A stretch of 52,027 nucleotides of DNA, taken from NCBI GenBank assembly GCA_045636205.1, contig JAZTXE010000042.1:1-52027 (forward strand), given 5' to 3'. The DNA is from Eubacteriales bacterium (lineage in GTDB: Bacteria > Bacillota > Clostridia > Oscillospirales > JAAYXM01). A model generated the notes under the pieces. The model worked only from the letters and a program-made list of their open reading frames with translations. It made no database searches and was not told the DNA's origin. The position numbers and the translations under genes are program-made. Positions 18,586 to 27,981 of the stretch are shown in pieces. Position 1 is the stretch's first letter. Each line of letters opens with the position of its first letter.

Positions 18586-20271
18586 TTAACTGTGGCTTAT
18601 TTCAACCGCGCGGCGAAGTGCCCCCTCTGACTTTTCATCATATACGATATTTACCGAATCACCTACGTTAAGGATAACCGCGAGTTCACTGTCCGCCGCG
18701 GAAATGACGTAATACGACACATCATTTGCAAGACGGATGTAGTACATGGTATTTCCGCCAATTACCGCCGAGCGTATCTCGGAAACAACTCCGGAAACCG
18801 TAGTCTCTACAGGAGCAGCGCTCTGGGTAATGCCGTGCTGAAGCATCAGGCGGATATATTCCTTCTCACACTCAGCAACCGTATTTCCGGTAGCTACAAT
18901 CTGATACTGCGAAACATTAACCATAGCATACATCTTGACAAGTTCAGCTCTGTCCTTGAGTGCCATAAAGTATGTCGGCTGAGAGGAAATATTGAGAAGC
19001 AGCGGGAATGTAGCCGCGTAACCCAGATGCTGAACAACGCCTTGTGCGGATGCCATGGCAGAGTATTCGGCTGCGCCTGCGCAGGAATAATATCTGGTCT
19101 CCTTTGTGCGCTGGTTTGACAAAATAAAACCGACGTTTGACTGGTCTCCGCCAACCGATGTGATGCCGGTATATACCCAAATATCGTCGTTTAACGCGAT
19201 ATAGTTATATCCGTCTGTCGTAACAGTTACGTCCTTCTGACCGAATATTGAGTTAAAGAATCCGTTGCGGTAGGTTCCGTAATAGTCGTACTGCTCGATG
19301 ATAAGCGCGGCTGTGTATACACGGTCAACCCAAGTCGGGATTTCCTCAGGAGAATAGTATTTGCTCTCGCCCGTGCAAGCGTTCACGAGTACCGCGCCGC
19401 TTATGTCCTCGCCACCGAAAAGACCGATTCTCTTTACTATGCGCGGGCATACCCAGTACGGATTTCCGTCTTCATCCACTTCAAATGTCGCATTTCCGAA
19501 CATATATGTGGGATAATTAAAGCGCAGATGTCTATCCAAATAACGCCCGAAAAGCTCGGTTTTCGAGTACTTTATGCCGTTTTCCAGGCGAACCACGTCT
19601 ACATTTTGGGTTACCATATCGATGACTATATATGCAGGCAATCCTCTGCTGCGGTTATTAAACCACTTTATAACATCACCGTACTCCAGGCATGCAACAC
19701 GCACCGGACGGTTATTGTAATTAATCTGTGTATAATCATCCGAAACCTCGAACTGGCTAACCATGTCCGCGAGCTCACCGAGTTTGCGGTCACCCAGTCG
19801 CTCTGCGGAGTCCTCATCGAGCATCGGTATTTTATCGTAAGAAATCTCCGTAACCTCGCTTGCAAAATTACCGGGTTCGACTTTGAGAAGGTTTTTATAC
19901 GAATTTGCACGAAGAAGCGGCCATGAGGATACCGTGCCGACTATTCCGACCGCAACAAGCAATAAAATTACTATGCCGCTTACTTTGCACTGGCTTTTGA
20001 CATATTTAAAATATTCCTTGGCACCACCCTGCACACTCGCCTGAAATCCGGAGGTTATAAGTGAGCATATGATGTACACTCCGCATAAGATGCCGATAAA
20101 CGTATAAAACTCCTGCGCCTGCGGATTTATTGCGGGAAGCGATACGTAAAAATACACCGCGGCAAATATGAGCGTCACCAAAACATTTACCAAAATCCGT
20201 GTCGCACGGCTGCGAATTGCAAATTTCTTAGGCTCCTGTGCATTGCTGTAATCAAAGCCTGTTTTGAACAT
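18586..20271 (-). CDS. Membrane-anchored hypothetical protein (3 N-terminal TM helices, large soluble domain, OB-like C-terminus)
   Basis: 561 aa ORF with AGAGGAG RBS; hydrophobic N-terminal segments. Confidence 0.75.
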   Translation of the reverse strand: MFKTGFDYSNAQEPKKFAIRSRATRILVNVLVTLIFAAVYFYVSLPAINPQAQEFYTFIGILCGVYIICSLITSGFQASVQGGAKEYFKYVKSQCKVSGIVILLLVAVGIVGTVSSWPLLRANSYKNLLKVEPGNFASEVTEISYDKIPMLDEDSAERLGDRKLGELADMVSQFEVSDDYTQINYNNRPVRVACLEYGDVIKWFNNRSRGLPAYIVIDMVTQNVDVVRLENGIKYSKTELFGRYLDRHLRFNYPTYMFGNATFEVDEDGNPYWVCPRIVKRIGLFGGEDISGAVLVNACTGESKYYSPEEIPTWVDRVYTAALIIEQYDYYGTYRNGFFNSIFGQKDVTVTTDGYNYIALNDDIWVYTGITSVGGDQSNVGFILSNQRTKETRYYSCAGAAEYSAMASAQGVVQHLGYAATFPLLLNISSQPTYFMALKDRAELVKMYAMVNVSQYQIVATGNTVAECEKEYIRLMLQHGITQSAAPVETTVSGVVSEIRSAVIGGNTMYYIRLANDVSYYVISAADSELAVILNVGDSVNIVYDEKSEGALRRAVEISHS

Positions 20272-20444
20272 TCTGTCATTCTCCTCTCGTTTGTCTTATC
20301 TTAAGATTATTATACATTCCTTTTTTAAAAACTACAACAACTGTTTTTTTATTTTCAAATTATGTCCGTTTAAAAAATAATTATTGACGTTTTGGGATTT
20401 TAATGTCATCCTTAAATAAGAAGATGCATACGGAGGTATATAAA

Positions 20445-21341
20445 ATGATTTATACGGTTACTCTCAACCCCTCACTTGACTATACTGTTTGGACACGAAA
20501 CTTTTCTGCAGGAAGGATAAATCGTACAGAGGATGAGAAAATATATCCGGGTGGAAAAGGAATAAATGTATCGGTAGTTCTTAAAAACTTAGGGTTTGAC
20601 AGCTTAGCACTGGGATTTTGCGCAGGCTTTACAGGTGCTGAGATAAAAAGGCTTTTGTCTGAACTTGGGTGTATGGAGGATTTTATCGACATCCCCGGTA
20701 AAACCTCACGCATAAATATAAAGCTTAAATCCGATACCGAAACCGAAATAAACGCGCGGGGTCCAAGAATTCCGGAAAGTGCTGTTGGTGAGCTCTTTTC
20801 GAAAATTGAAAAGATTTCCGACGGAGATATTTTAATTCTTGCCGGCAGTATTCCTGCAGGACTTCCTGCAGATTTGTACATGCTTATTTTGGAGCGCCTT
20901 CGCGAAAAAAATGTGCGCACGGTTGTAGATGCATCGGGTGAGCTTCTTTTAAATACGCTTAATTACCGCCCGTTTCTCATAAAGCCGAATCTTGATGAGT
21001 TGTGCGAGGTGTGCAATCGTAACCTCACTTCAAAGGAAGAGATAGTTTCTGCCGCAAAAGAGCTTCAGATACGCGGAGCACAAAACGTGCTCGTCTCTTT
21101 AGCCGGTGACGGAGCAATCCTCGTATGCGAGAATGGCGAGGTGCTCAGTGCGCTGCCGCCTTCGGGAAAGGTTGTAAACTCGGTCGGCGCCGGAGATTCA
21201 ATGGTGGCAGGCTTTATTGCAGGCTTTTTAAGTAAGGAAGATTATTCCGTGGCTTTTAAGCTCGCACTCTGCGCAGGAAGTGCCTCGGCATTTAATGAAT
21301 GGCTTGCCACAAAAGAGGATATACTTAAGTTACTTGAATAA
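20445..21341 (+). CDS. fruK: 1-phosphofructokinase (PfkB family)
   Basis: MIYTVTLNPSLDY, PGGKGINVS, IKPNLDEL, NSVGAGDS; start at 20445 behind GGAGG. Confidence 0.93.
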   Translation: MIYTVTLNPSLDYTVWTRNFSAGRINRTEDEKIYPGGKGINVSVVLKNLGFDSLALGFCAGFTGAEIKRLLSELGCMEDFIDIPGKTSRINIKLKSDTETEINARGPRIPESAVGELFSKIEKISDGDILILAGSIPAGLPADLYMLILERLREKNVRTVVDASGELLLNTLNYRPFLIKPNLDELCEVCNRNLTSKEEIVSAAKELQIRGAQNVLVSLAGDGAILVCENGEVLSALPPSGKVVNSVGAGDSMVAGFIAGFLSKEDYSVAFKLALCAGSASAFNEWLATKEDILKLLE

Positions 21342-21358
21342 AAAAGGAGAATTATTTG

Positions 21359-21616
21359 ATGAAATCATTCGAATACACCATAAGCGATCCAGATGGGATT
21401 CACGCTCGCCCCGCGGGTCTTCTGGTCAAGGAAGCTTCAAAATACAAAAGCACAATCACCGTATCAAAATACGGAACCACCGCCGATTTGAAGAGAATTT
21501 TCTCGGTTATGTCATTAGGCGTAAAGTCAGGTGATACGGTGACAGTAGAAGTAACCGGACCTGATGAGAACCCGGCTTTGGAAGCTATAAAAGCTCTGTT
21601 CTCGGAGAATTTATAG
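21359..21616 (+). CDS. ptsH: PTS phosphocarrier HPr
   Basis: GIHARPA (His15); Ser46 position is Arg (LKRIFSVMSLG). Confidence 0.93.
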   Translation: MKSFEYTISDPDGIHARPAGLLVKEASKYKSTITVSKYGTTADLKRIFSVMSLGVKSGDTVTVEVTGPDENPALEAIKALFSENL

Positions 21617-21642
21617 CTAAAAACAAAAGGGGGTTAACCTTA

Positions 21643-23274
21643 ATGATAACTCTTCGTGGTAAAGGTGTATTCGGAGGAATTGCAATAGGTAGACTGCACT
21701 TCTATAACCGACGTAAAGTGAAGATAAAGCGCATGCGTATAGAGGATACAGAAGCTGAAATTGCGCGCTTTGAAGATGCAAAAGAACGCGCAGAGGATAG
21801 CCTTAAGGCTCTGTATGAAAAGGCGCTCCACGAGGTCGGTCAGGCGAATGCGGCGATATTTGAAATACATCAGATGATGTTAAACGATGAGGACTTTTGT
21901 GATGCGATAAGGCATGTTATATCATCACAGCAGGTAAATGTCGAGTACGCGGTAGGTGTCACGTCTGACAGATTTTCTGAGATGTTCTCCGCAATGGAGG
22001 ACTCGTATATGCGAGCACGCGCTGCAGATGTGCGTGATGTCTCAGAGCGGCTTTTAAATGTCCTGCAAGGGATAGTGCATGAGGATATTGCAAGTGAGGA
22101 CTCAATGATAATAGCGGCTGATGACCTGGTTCCGAGCGAAACCGTTCAGCTTGATAAAAACAAGGTTCTCGCGTTTGTAACCCGCAAAGGGTCTGCCAAT
22201 TCCCACACTGCAATTCTCGCGCGTACTATGAATATCCCGGCGATAGTGAGCATGGGGGATGCACTCCAAGACTCGTTTGACGGTAAGCTCGCGATAGTTG
22301 ACGGCTTTACCGGCACCCTCTACCTTGAGCCGGACGAGAAGACACTCTCAGACATGACGGCGCGCCGTGCGGCAGAGCTTGAGAAGGCAGAACTTTTAAA
22401 ATCACTTAAAGGGCTTGACAATGTAACCCTTGACGGCACTAAGATAGAGGTTTTTACCAATATAGGAAATCCCTCAGATTTGGGCGCGGTGCTTGAAAAT
22501 GACGCAGGCGGAATAGGACTTCTCCGAAGTGAGTTTCTGTATCTTGAGGCAGACGATTACCCGGACGAAGAAACTCAGTTTATCGCGTATAAAACCGTGC
22601 TTGAAACCATGGCGGGAAAAAAAGCCGTTATACGCACGCTTGACATCGGTGCAGACAAGCAAGCTGACTATTTTAATCTGCCATGTGAAGAAAACCCCGC
22701 ACTCGGATTTCGCGCGATACGCATATGCCTTGAGCGCAGAGAAATATTTAAAACCCAGTTGCGTGCACTTTATCGCGCATCCTCTTTCGGAACACTTGCG
22801 ATAATGTTTCCGATGATAACCTCAGTCGAAGAGGTTTTAGAGATAAAGCGCATTATATCCGAGGTAAAGGCAGAGCTTGACCGTGAGAAAATAAAGTATT
22901 CACCGAATGTTGAAATCGGCGTGATGATAGAAACACCGGCTGCGGCGGTAATTTCCGATTTAATAGCTAAGGAAGTGGATTTCTTTAGCGTCGGCACGAA
23001 CGATTTAAGCCAGTATACAATGGCGATAGACCGCCAGAACCAACAGCTTGAGGAATTCTTCAATCCGCACCACCCCGCGGTATTGCGTCTGATTGAGTTT
23101 GCAGCTCTAAAAGCTCATGAAAATGGGATATGGATAGGTATATGCGGTGAGCTTGCCGCCGACCTTGAGCTGACCGAATGGTTTTTAAAAATCGGTGTGG
23201 ACGAGCTTTCGGTCTCCCCTGGTTATGTACTCGCTCTGCGTAAACGAATACGTGAAATAAATTTGAAAGAATAA
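21643..23274 (+). CDS. ptsI: PTS enzyme I (PEP-protein phosphotransferase)
   Basis: SHTAILAR, GIGLLRSEF, ENPALGFRAIR, FFSVGTNDL, GICGELAAD. Confidence 0.97.
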   Translation: MITLRGKGVFGGIAIGRLHFYNRRKVKIKRMRIEDTEAEIARFEDAKERAEDSLKALYEKALHEVGQANAAIFEIHQMMLNDEDFCDAIRHVISSQQVNVEYAVGVTSDRFSEMFSAMEDSYMRARAADVRDVSERLLNVLQGIVHEDIASEDSMIIAADDLVPSETVQLDKNKVLAFVTRKGSANSHTAILARTMNIPAIVSMGDALQDSFDGKLAIVDGFTGTLYLEPDEKTLSDMTARRAAELEKAELLKSLKGLDNVTLDGTKIEVFTNIGNPSDLGAVLENDAGGIGLLRSEFLYLEADDYPDEETQFIAYKTVLETMAGKKAVIRTLDIGADKQADYFNLPCEENPALGFRAIRICLERREIFKTQLRALYRASSFGTLAIMFPMITSVEEVLEIKRIISEVKAELDREKIKYSPNVEIGVMIETPAAAVISDLIAKEVDFFSVGTNDLSQYTMAIDRQNQQLEEFFNPHHPAVLRLIEFAALKAHENGIWIGICGELAADLELTEWFLKIGVDELSVSPGYVLALRKRIREINLKE

Positions 23275-23369
23275 GCCTTCACGCTTATTCTTTTTTATAT
23301 GTACAAATCCGTCAAAATCCTGTATAATAACAAGTAATGTGAAAATTATTATTCGGAGGATTAATCAGA

Positions 23370-24644
23370 ATGTCAAATATTGGATTTTCAGCAGGTGAGA
23401 TTTACCTGCCCGATGCAAAAACCGATTTAAGCAAATGGAGCGTAGTTGCTTGTGACCAGTTTACCTCGCAGCCTGAGTACTGGGAAGAGGTTTCCGATTA
23501 CGTAGGAGACGCACCTTCAACTCTTAAAATTACCTTGCCCGAGATTTATCTTGAGCAGGACGGCGTGGACGGCCGCATAAAAGAAATAAACGCTAATATG
23601 GATACATATCTCAAAGACGGAGTTTTAAAAAGTGCAGGAAGCAAGTATATTTATGTTGAGCGCACTCAGCGTGACGGCGTATGCCGCCGCGGGCTCATGG
23701 GTGTGGTTGACCTCGAGGAATATAATTATCTGCCGGGTTCAAAATCGCTCATCCGCGCCACCGAGGGCACAGTGCTTGAGCGTATCCCGCCGCGTGTGCG
23801 CGTGCGCGAGCATGCGTCTTTGGAGCTTCCGCACATCATGCTTTTGATAGATGACCCGGAAAAGACGGTAATAGAACCGCTTGCAGAAAACGCAGCTTCC
23901 ATGGATGTTGCATACGACTTCTCACTCATGCAGTCAAGTGGCAGCATTAAGGGCTATTTTGTAAGTGATGATAAGGCAGAAGCTATAGGGACTGCGCTTG
24001 AAAAATTGGCAGACCCGCAGGTGTGCGCAGAAAAATACGGCGTTTCTGACAAGGGCGTACTCCTCTTTGCGGTAGGTGACGGAAATCATTCGCTTGCAAC
24101 CGCAAAGGAGTGCTATGAGCGTTTGAAGAAGACTCTCTCTGCCGATGAAGCCGCGGTACATCCGGCGCGCTATGCACTCGTAGAGGTAGTAAATGTTCAC
24201 GACACGGCTTTGCAGTTTGAGCCCATTCACCGCGTAGTATTTGACATTGATGCGGATAACCTTCTCTCCGCACTTTCAAGTTTCTACGAAGTATCCGAAA
24301 CCCCGTGCGAGGGTGCACAGTCTTTTGAATATTGCTGTGCAAAATCCTCCGGAACACTGTGGATTAAAAATCCGCGCTCCAACCTGGCTGTCGGAACGCT
24401 GCAGATATTCCTCGATGATTATCTTAAGAAAAACAGTGGTCGCATAGACTATATCCACGGCGACGATGTAGTAAATGAGCTTGGCACTCAGTCGGGAAAT
24501 ATGGGATTCCTGCTCCCGCCGATGGCTAAGGAAGATTTATTCAAAACTGTACTTATTGACGGCGCACTTCCGCGCAAGACCTTCTCTATGGGCCATGCGT
24601 GGGATAAGCGCTTCTACCTTGAAACACGCAGAATAACAAAATAA
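23370..24644 (+). CDS. DUF1015 family protein
   Basis: WSVVACDQFTSQ, IRATEGT, AVGDGNHSLATAK, FEPIHRVV, LPRKTFSMG. Confidence 0.88.
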   Translation: MSNIGFSAGEIYLPDAKTDLSKWSVVACDQFTSQPEYWEEVSDYVGDAPSTLKITLPEIYLEQDGVDGRIKEINANMDTYLKDGVLKSAGSKYIYVERTQRDGVCRRGLMGVVDLEEYNYLPGSKSLIRATEGTVLERIPPRVRVREHASLELPHIMLLIDDPEKTVIEPLAENAASMDVAYDFSLMQSSGSIKGYFVSDDKAEAIGTALEKLADPQVCAEKYGVSDKGVLLFAVGDGNHSLATAKECYERLKKTLSADEAAVHPARYALVEVVNVHDTALQFEPIHRVVFDIDADNLLSALSSFYEVSETPCEGAQSFEYCCAKSSGTLWIKNPRSNLAVGTLQIFLDDYLKKNSGRIDYIHGDDVVNELGTQSGNMGFLLPPMAKEDLFKTVLIDGALPRKTFSMGHAWDKRFYLETRRITK

Positions 24645-24663
24645 ATCTGCAAGAGGTGATTTT

Positions 24664-25482
24664 GTGAAGGTCGGCATAATCCAAATGCCGGTTTCGGCAG
24701 ACAAAGAAGAAAACCTCAAATACGCGCGTGATGAGATAATGAAAGCCGCAAAGCGCGGTGCTAATGTTGCGGTACTGCCCGAAATGTTTTGCGTGCCGTA
24801 TGAAAACCGCGCATTTATAGAATATGCGGAATGCGAGGGCGGAAGAATTTATTCCGCGATGCGGGATGCGGCGCGGGATGCGGGGGTATACCTTGTAGCC
24901 GGAAGCTTCCCTGAGCGTTGCGGCGATAATATTTATAACAGCTCGTATGTTTTCTCCCCCGAGTGCGACACCCATATCGCTCACTTCCGGAAAATACATT
25001 TGTTTGATATAGATGTAAAAGGCGGGCAGAGCTTTCGCGAGTCGGACACGCTTTCTGCCGGAGATTCTCTCGCGGTGTTTGACACACCCTGGGGCAAGTG
25101 CGGTGTGTGCATATGCTTTGACATACGCTTTCCCGAGCTTGCGCGGCTTTACGCGCTCAACGGAGTTAAAGTCCTATTTGTCCCCGCCGCGTTTAATATG
25201 ACAACCGGACCCGCACACTGGGAGCTTACCATGCGCGCACGCGCGCTTGATAATCAGCTCTACATTGTAGCCTGTGCACCCGCGCGCGATACCGGCGCGT
25301 CATACGTATCATATGCAAATTCCCTGGTTGCATCTGCGTGGGGCGAAGTAGAATATCGCGCAGGCGAGGATAGTAACACTCTCATATGCGAGTTAGATAT
25401 GCAGAAGATAGAAAAAATCCGCGCAGAGCTTCCGCTTCTCTCTGCACGGCGATGCGATTTGTATAACCTTGATTTTTTTTAA
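24664..25482 (+). CDS. Carbon-nitrogen hydrolase (nitrilase superfamily, Nit/omega-amidase-like)
   Basis: LPEMF, RKIHLFDID, ICFDIRFPE (E-K-C triad), RARALDNQ. Confidence 0.92.
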   Translation: MKVGIIQMPVSADKEENLKYARDEIMKAAKRGANVAVLPEMFCVPYENRAFIEYAECEGGRIYSAMRDAARDAGVYLVAGSFPERCGDNIYNSSYVFSPECDTHIAHFRKIHLFDIDVKGGQSFRESDTLSAGDSLAVFDTPWGKCGVCICFDIRFPELARLYALNGVKVLFVPAAFNMTTGPAHWELTMRARALDNQLYIVACAPARDTGASYVSYANSLVASAWGEVEYRAGEDSNTLICELDMQKIEKIRAELPLLSARRCDLYNLDFF

Positions 25483-25573
25483 ACATAATATATTCGTGCA
25501 CTATGCGGTTTGACAAAACCGCACCTGCATGGTATCATTAAATCACAATAATCCAATAGGCTGAGGTAACAGA

Positions 25574-25948
25574 ATGATAATTAAAGAATCCGCCGAAAAT
25601 TATCTGGAAACCATATTGATGCTCACACGAAAAAAAGGATATGTTCGAAGCATTGATGTGGCAAATGAACTTAATTTCACAAAGCCGAGTGTATCCGTTG
25701 CTATGAAGAATTTCCGCGAAGACGGATATATAACAATCGGTCAGGACGGCGGCATTTCCCTGACGAAAAAAGGAATGCAGGTGGCCGAGCGCGTGTATGA
25801 GCGTCACAACATCATAGCCAAAGCTCTTATCGCCTTGGGCGTAGATGAAACCACCGCCTATGAGGACGCTTGCAAAATAGAGCACGACATAAGCCAGGAG
25901 AGTTTTGAAAAAATACGAGATTACTTAACACGCAACGGAAAAATATAA
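25574..25948 (+). CDS. mntR: DtxR/MntR family metal-dependent transcriptional regulator
   Basis: ENYLETI...RSIDVA..L...KPSVS...ERH...DACKIEH. Confidence 0.88.
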   Translation: MIIKESAENYLETILMLTRKKGYVRSIDVANELNFTKPSVSVAMKNFREDGYITIGQDGGISLTKKGMQVAERVYERHNIIAKALIALGVDETTAYEDACKIEHDISQESFEKIRDYLTRNGKI

Positions 25949-25952
25949 TAAG

Positions 25953-25991
25953 AAAAAAACGCAGGATGTGAAAAAACATCCTGCGTTTTTT
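25953..25991. terminator. Bidirectional terminator
   Basis: AAAAAAACGCAGGATG...CATCCTGCGTTTTTT. Confidence 0.85.
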
Positions 25992-26011
25992 ATTATATTT
26001 GGTGCATTAAT

Positions 26012-26899
26012 TTACAAGTCTACGCCTAAGAATTTCTTTGCTGCGATACCTACAAAGAATGATACGACTGCAACGCCGAGGCTTATAAGTGCCATTTCAA
26101 GAAATCTCTTTTTAAACGGTTGGTCTTGTGCCACGGATGTGTAATATGTAAAGCCTGCAATGATTAGAATTACAACAAAAATCATGCAAATAAGCGCGGG
26201 GATGTACTGATCTGACGGGAAAATCAGATACGGCGCAATAAGCGCAATCACGGTTATAAGATACGCGATACCGGTATACGAACAGGATTTCAAAGCGTCG
26301 CTTCTTCCCTCGCTTCGAGCCGCTAAAAACTCGCTTGACGCCATGGAAAAAGTAGCGGATATTCCGACTATGAGACCTGATAGTGCAATAAGGCTTGTAT
26401 TCTGAAGAGCAAGTGCAAATCCGGCGAGGCTGCCGGTGAGTTCTACAAGCGCATCATTGAGTCCTAACACCATGCTTCCGACATAGCGCAAACTCTCTTC
26501 ATCGAGCATTCCGAGAAGTGCACTCTCATGCTCCTCCTCCTGCTGCCTTATTGTGACACTTTCGGGAATTTCATTTTTTAGTTTATCGTAAACATCCTGA
26601 GCATTTTCTTCGCCACGCTCCATAAGCTTTACCGCGAATGTAAAACCCAGCAGCCGTGCAATCATAGTATACTTAAACACTTTAAACTTCTCGGGTTTTA
26701 CATCTGCGCCCGTGTATTTCTTCCACACCTCGCAGTGTGCCTTTTCTTCCCTTGAAAGTCTTAAGAGAGTATCTTTGTTTTCTTCGCCTTTTGCAAAGCG
26801 GGATATTTTTTCGTAAATCACGCTCTCCGTCATTTCGCCCTGCTGCATTTTCTTAATAATTTTAAGCGATTCCTTTGATATATTACTTGCGCTCATCAT
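26012..26899 (-). CDS. Ferritin/rubrerythrin-like domain fused to a VIT1/CCC1 transporter (MbfA-like metal exporter)
   Basis: N-terminal E..E..H motifs (EEKAH, EEEHE); VLGLNDALVE and SMASSEFL VIT1 motifs; start at 26899 behind AGGAGGA. Confidence 0.85.
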   Translation of the reverse strand: MMSASNISKESLKIIKKMQQGEMTESVIYEKISRFAKGEENKDTLLRLSREEKAHCEVWKKYTGADVKPEKFKVFKYTMIARLLGFTFAVKLMERGEENAQDVYDKLKNEIPESVTIRQQEEEHESALLGMLDEESLRYVGSMVLGLNDALVELTGSLAGFALALQNTSLIALSGLIVGISATFSMASSEFLAARSEGRSDALKSCSYTGIAYLITVIALIAPYLIFPSDQYIPALICMIFVVILIIAGFTYYTSVAQDQPFKKRFLEMALISLGVAVVSFFVGIAAKKFLGVDL

Positions 26900-26930
26900 A
26901 TCTTCCTCCTGCGTTTTTATTCTACGCATC

Positions 26931-26959
26931 ATTATACTATCAATCACCTTATCAGTCAA
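26931..26959 (-). promoter_or_regulatory. Sigma-A promoter for the VIT1 gene, overlapping the trxB stop
   Basis: TTGACT-N17-TATAAT. Confidence 0.75.
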
Positions 26960-27875
26960 TTTCTTCCATATATTTTTCTGCAAAGTATGCAGCCGTCGCA
27001 CCGTCAGCCACTGCGGTTACTATCTGACGTATCGGCTTTGTCCGTACATCCCCCGCGGCAAAAACGCCTGCCTGTGATGTTTTAGTCGTCTCATCCGCTA
27101 TGACATATCCGTTTTTATCAATCTCCAGTTTATCGCGCACAAGCTCGGTTTTAGGGACTCTTCCTATACTTATAAAAACACCCTGCACAGTAATTTCTTT
27201 TTCCGCACCGTCAAGCGAATTTCTTACCATTACACCCCTAACCGCATCGTTTGATAAAATTTTACAGACAGTACTGTTCCATTCAAATTCCACATTCTGT
27301 GCACTCAGCAAAGGTTTAAGATATGCGCGCTCTGCCCTTAGCTTATCCCTGCGGTGTACGATAATAACCTTTTTGCAAATTTTAGAAAGCAAAAGCGCAT
27401 CTGCGGCTGCTGAGTTTCCCCCGCCTATGACAACCACGGTTTTATCTTTATAAAGCATACCGTCGCAAGCTGCACAGTATCCTACGCCTCTGCCTATTAG
27501 TGCCTGTTCGTTTTCAAGCCCAAGGTGCTTGTGCTCGGCACCGGTTGCAATAATTACACTGCGCGCTAAAAGCTCTTTATCGCCGATACTGATTCTTTTA
27601 ATTTTGTCTTTAAACTCCACGTTTGTAACCTCTGCTTGCACGGTTTTTGCACCAAAGCGTTCTGCACCCTGCTGCATTTTCATGCCAAGTGTAAATCCGT
27701 CTACACCGTTATCAAAACCAGGGTAATTATCTATTTGCGTAGTTTGAATCATTTGCCCGCCCGAGGAAAGCTTTTCGATTACAAGCGTATCAAATCCCGC
27801 TCTTGATGAATAAATCGCCGAGGTATATCCTGCAGGACCGCCACCTATTATAATTACGTCGTGTACTTTTTCCAT
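26952..27875 (-). CDS. trxB: Thioredoxin-disulfide reductase
   Basis: GGGPAG, NYPGF, YCAACDG (CxxC), GGGNSA, HRRD, FAAGDVR; start at 27875 behind AAGGAG. Confidence 0.95.
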   Translation of the reverse strand: MEKVHDVIIIGGGPAGYTSAIYSSRAGFDTLVIEKLSSGGQMIQTTQIDNYPGFDNGVDGFTLGMKMQQGAERFGAKTVQAEVTNVEFKDKIKRISIGDKELLARSVIIATGAEHKHLGLENEQALIGRGVGYCAACDGMLYKDKTVVVIGGGNSAAADALLLSKICKKVIIVHRRDKLRAERAYLKPLLSAQNVEFEWNSTVCKILSNDAVRGVMVRNSLDGAEKEITVQGVFISIGRVPKTELVRDKLEIDKNGYVIADETTKTSQAGVFAAGDVRTKPIRQIVTAVADGATAAYFAEKYMEEID

Positions 27876-27936
27876 AACGCTTCTCCTTGTCACACTTAGT
27901 CCCATGCAGTATCCCCTGCTTTAAAGACATATATGC

Positions 27937-27977
27937 AAACGAGAGGTTCCCGTAAGCTCAAGAACCTCTCGTTTTTT
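27937..27977. terminator. Hairpin terminator downstream of the acyl-CoA synthetase
   Basis: AAACGAGAGGTTC...GAACCTCTCGTTT. Confidence 0.7.
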
Positions 27978-27981
27978 GATA

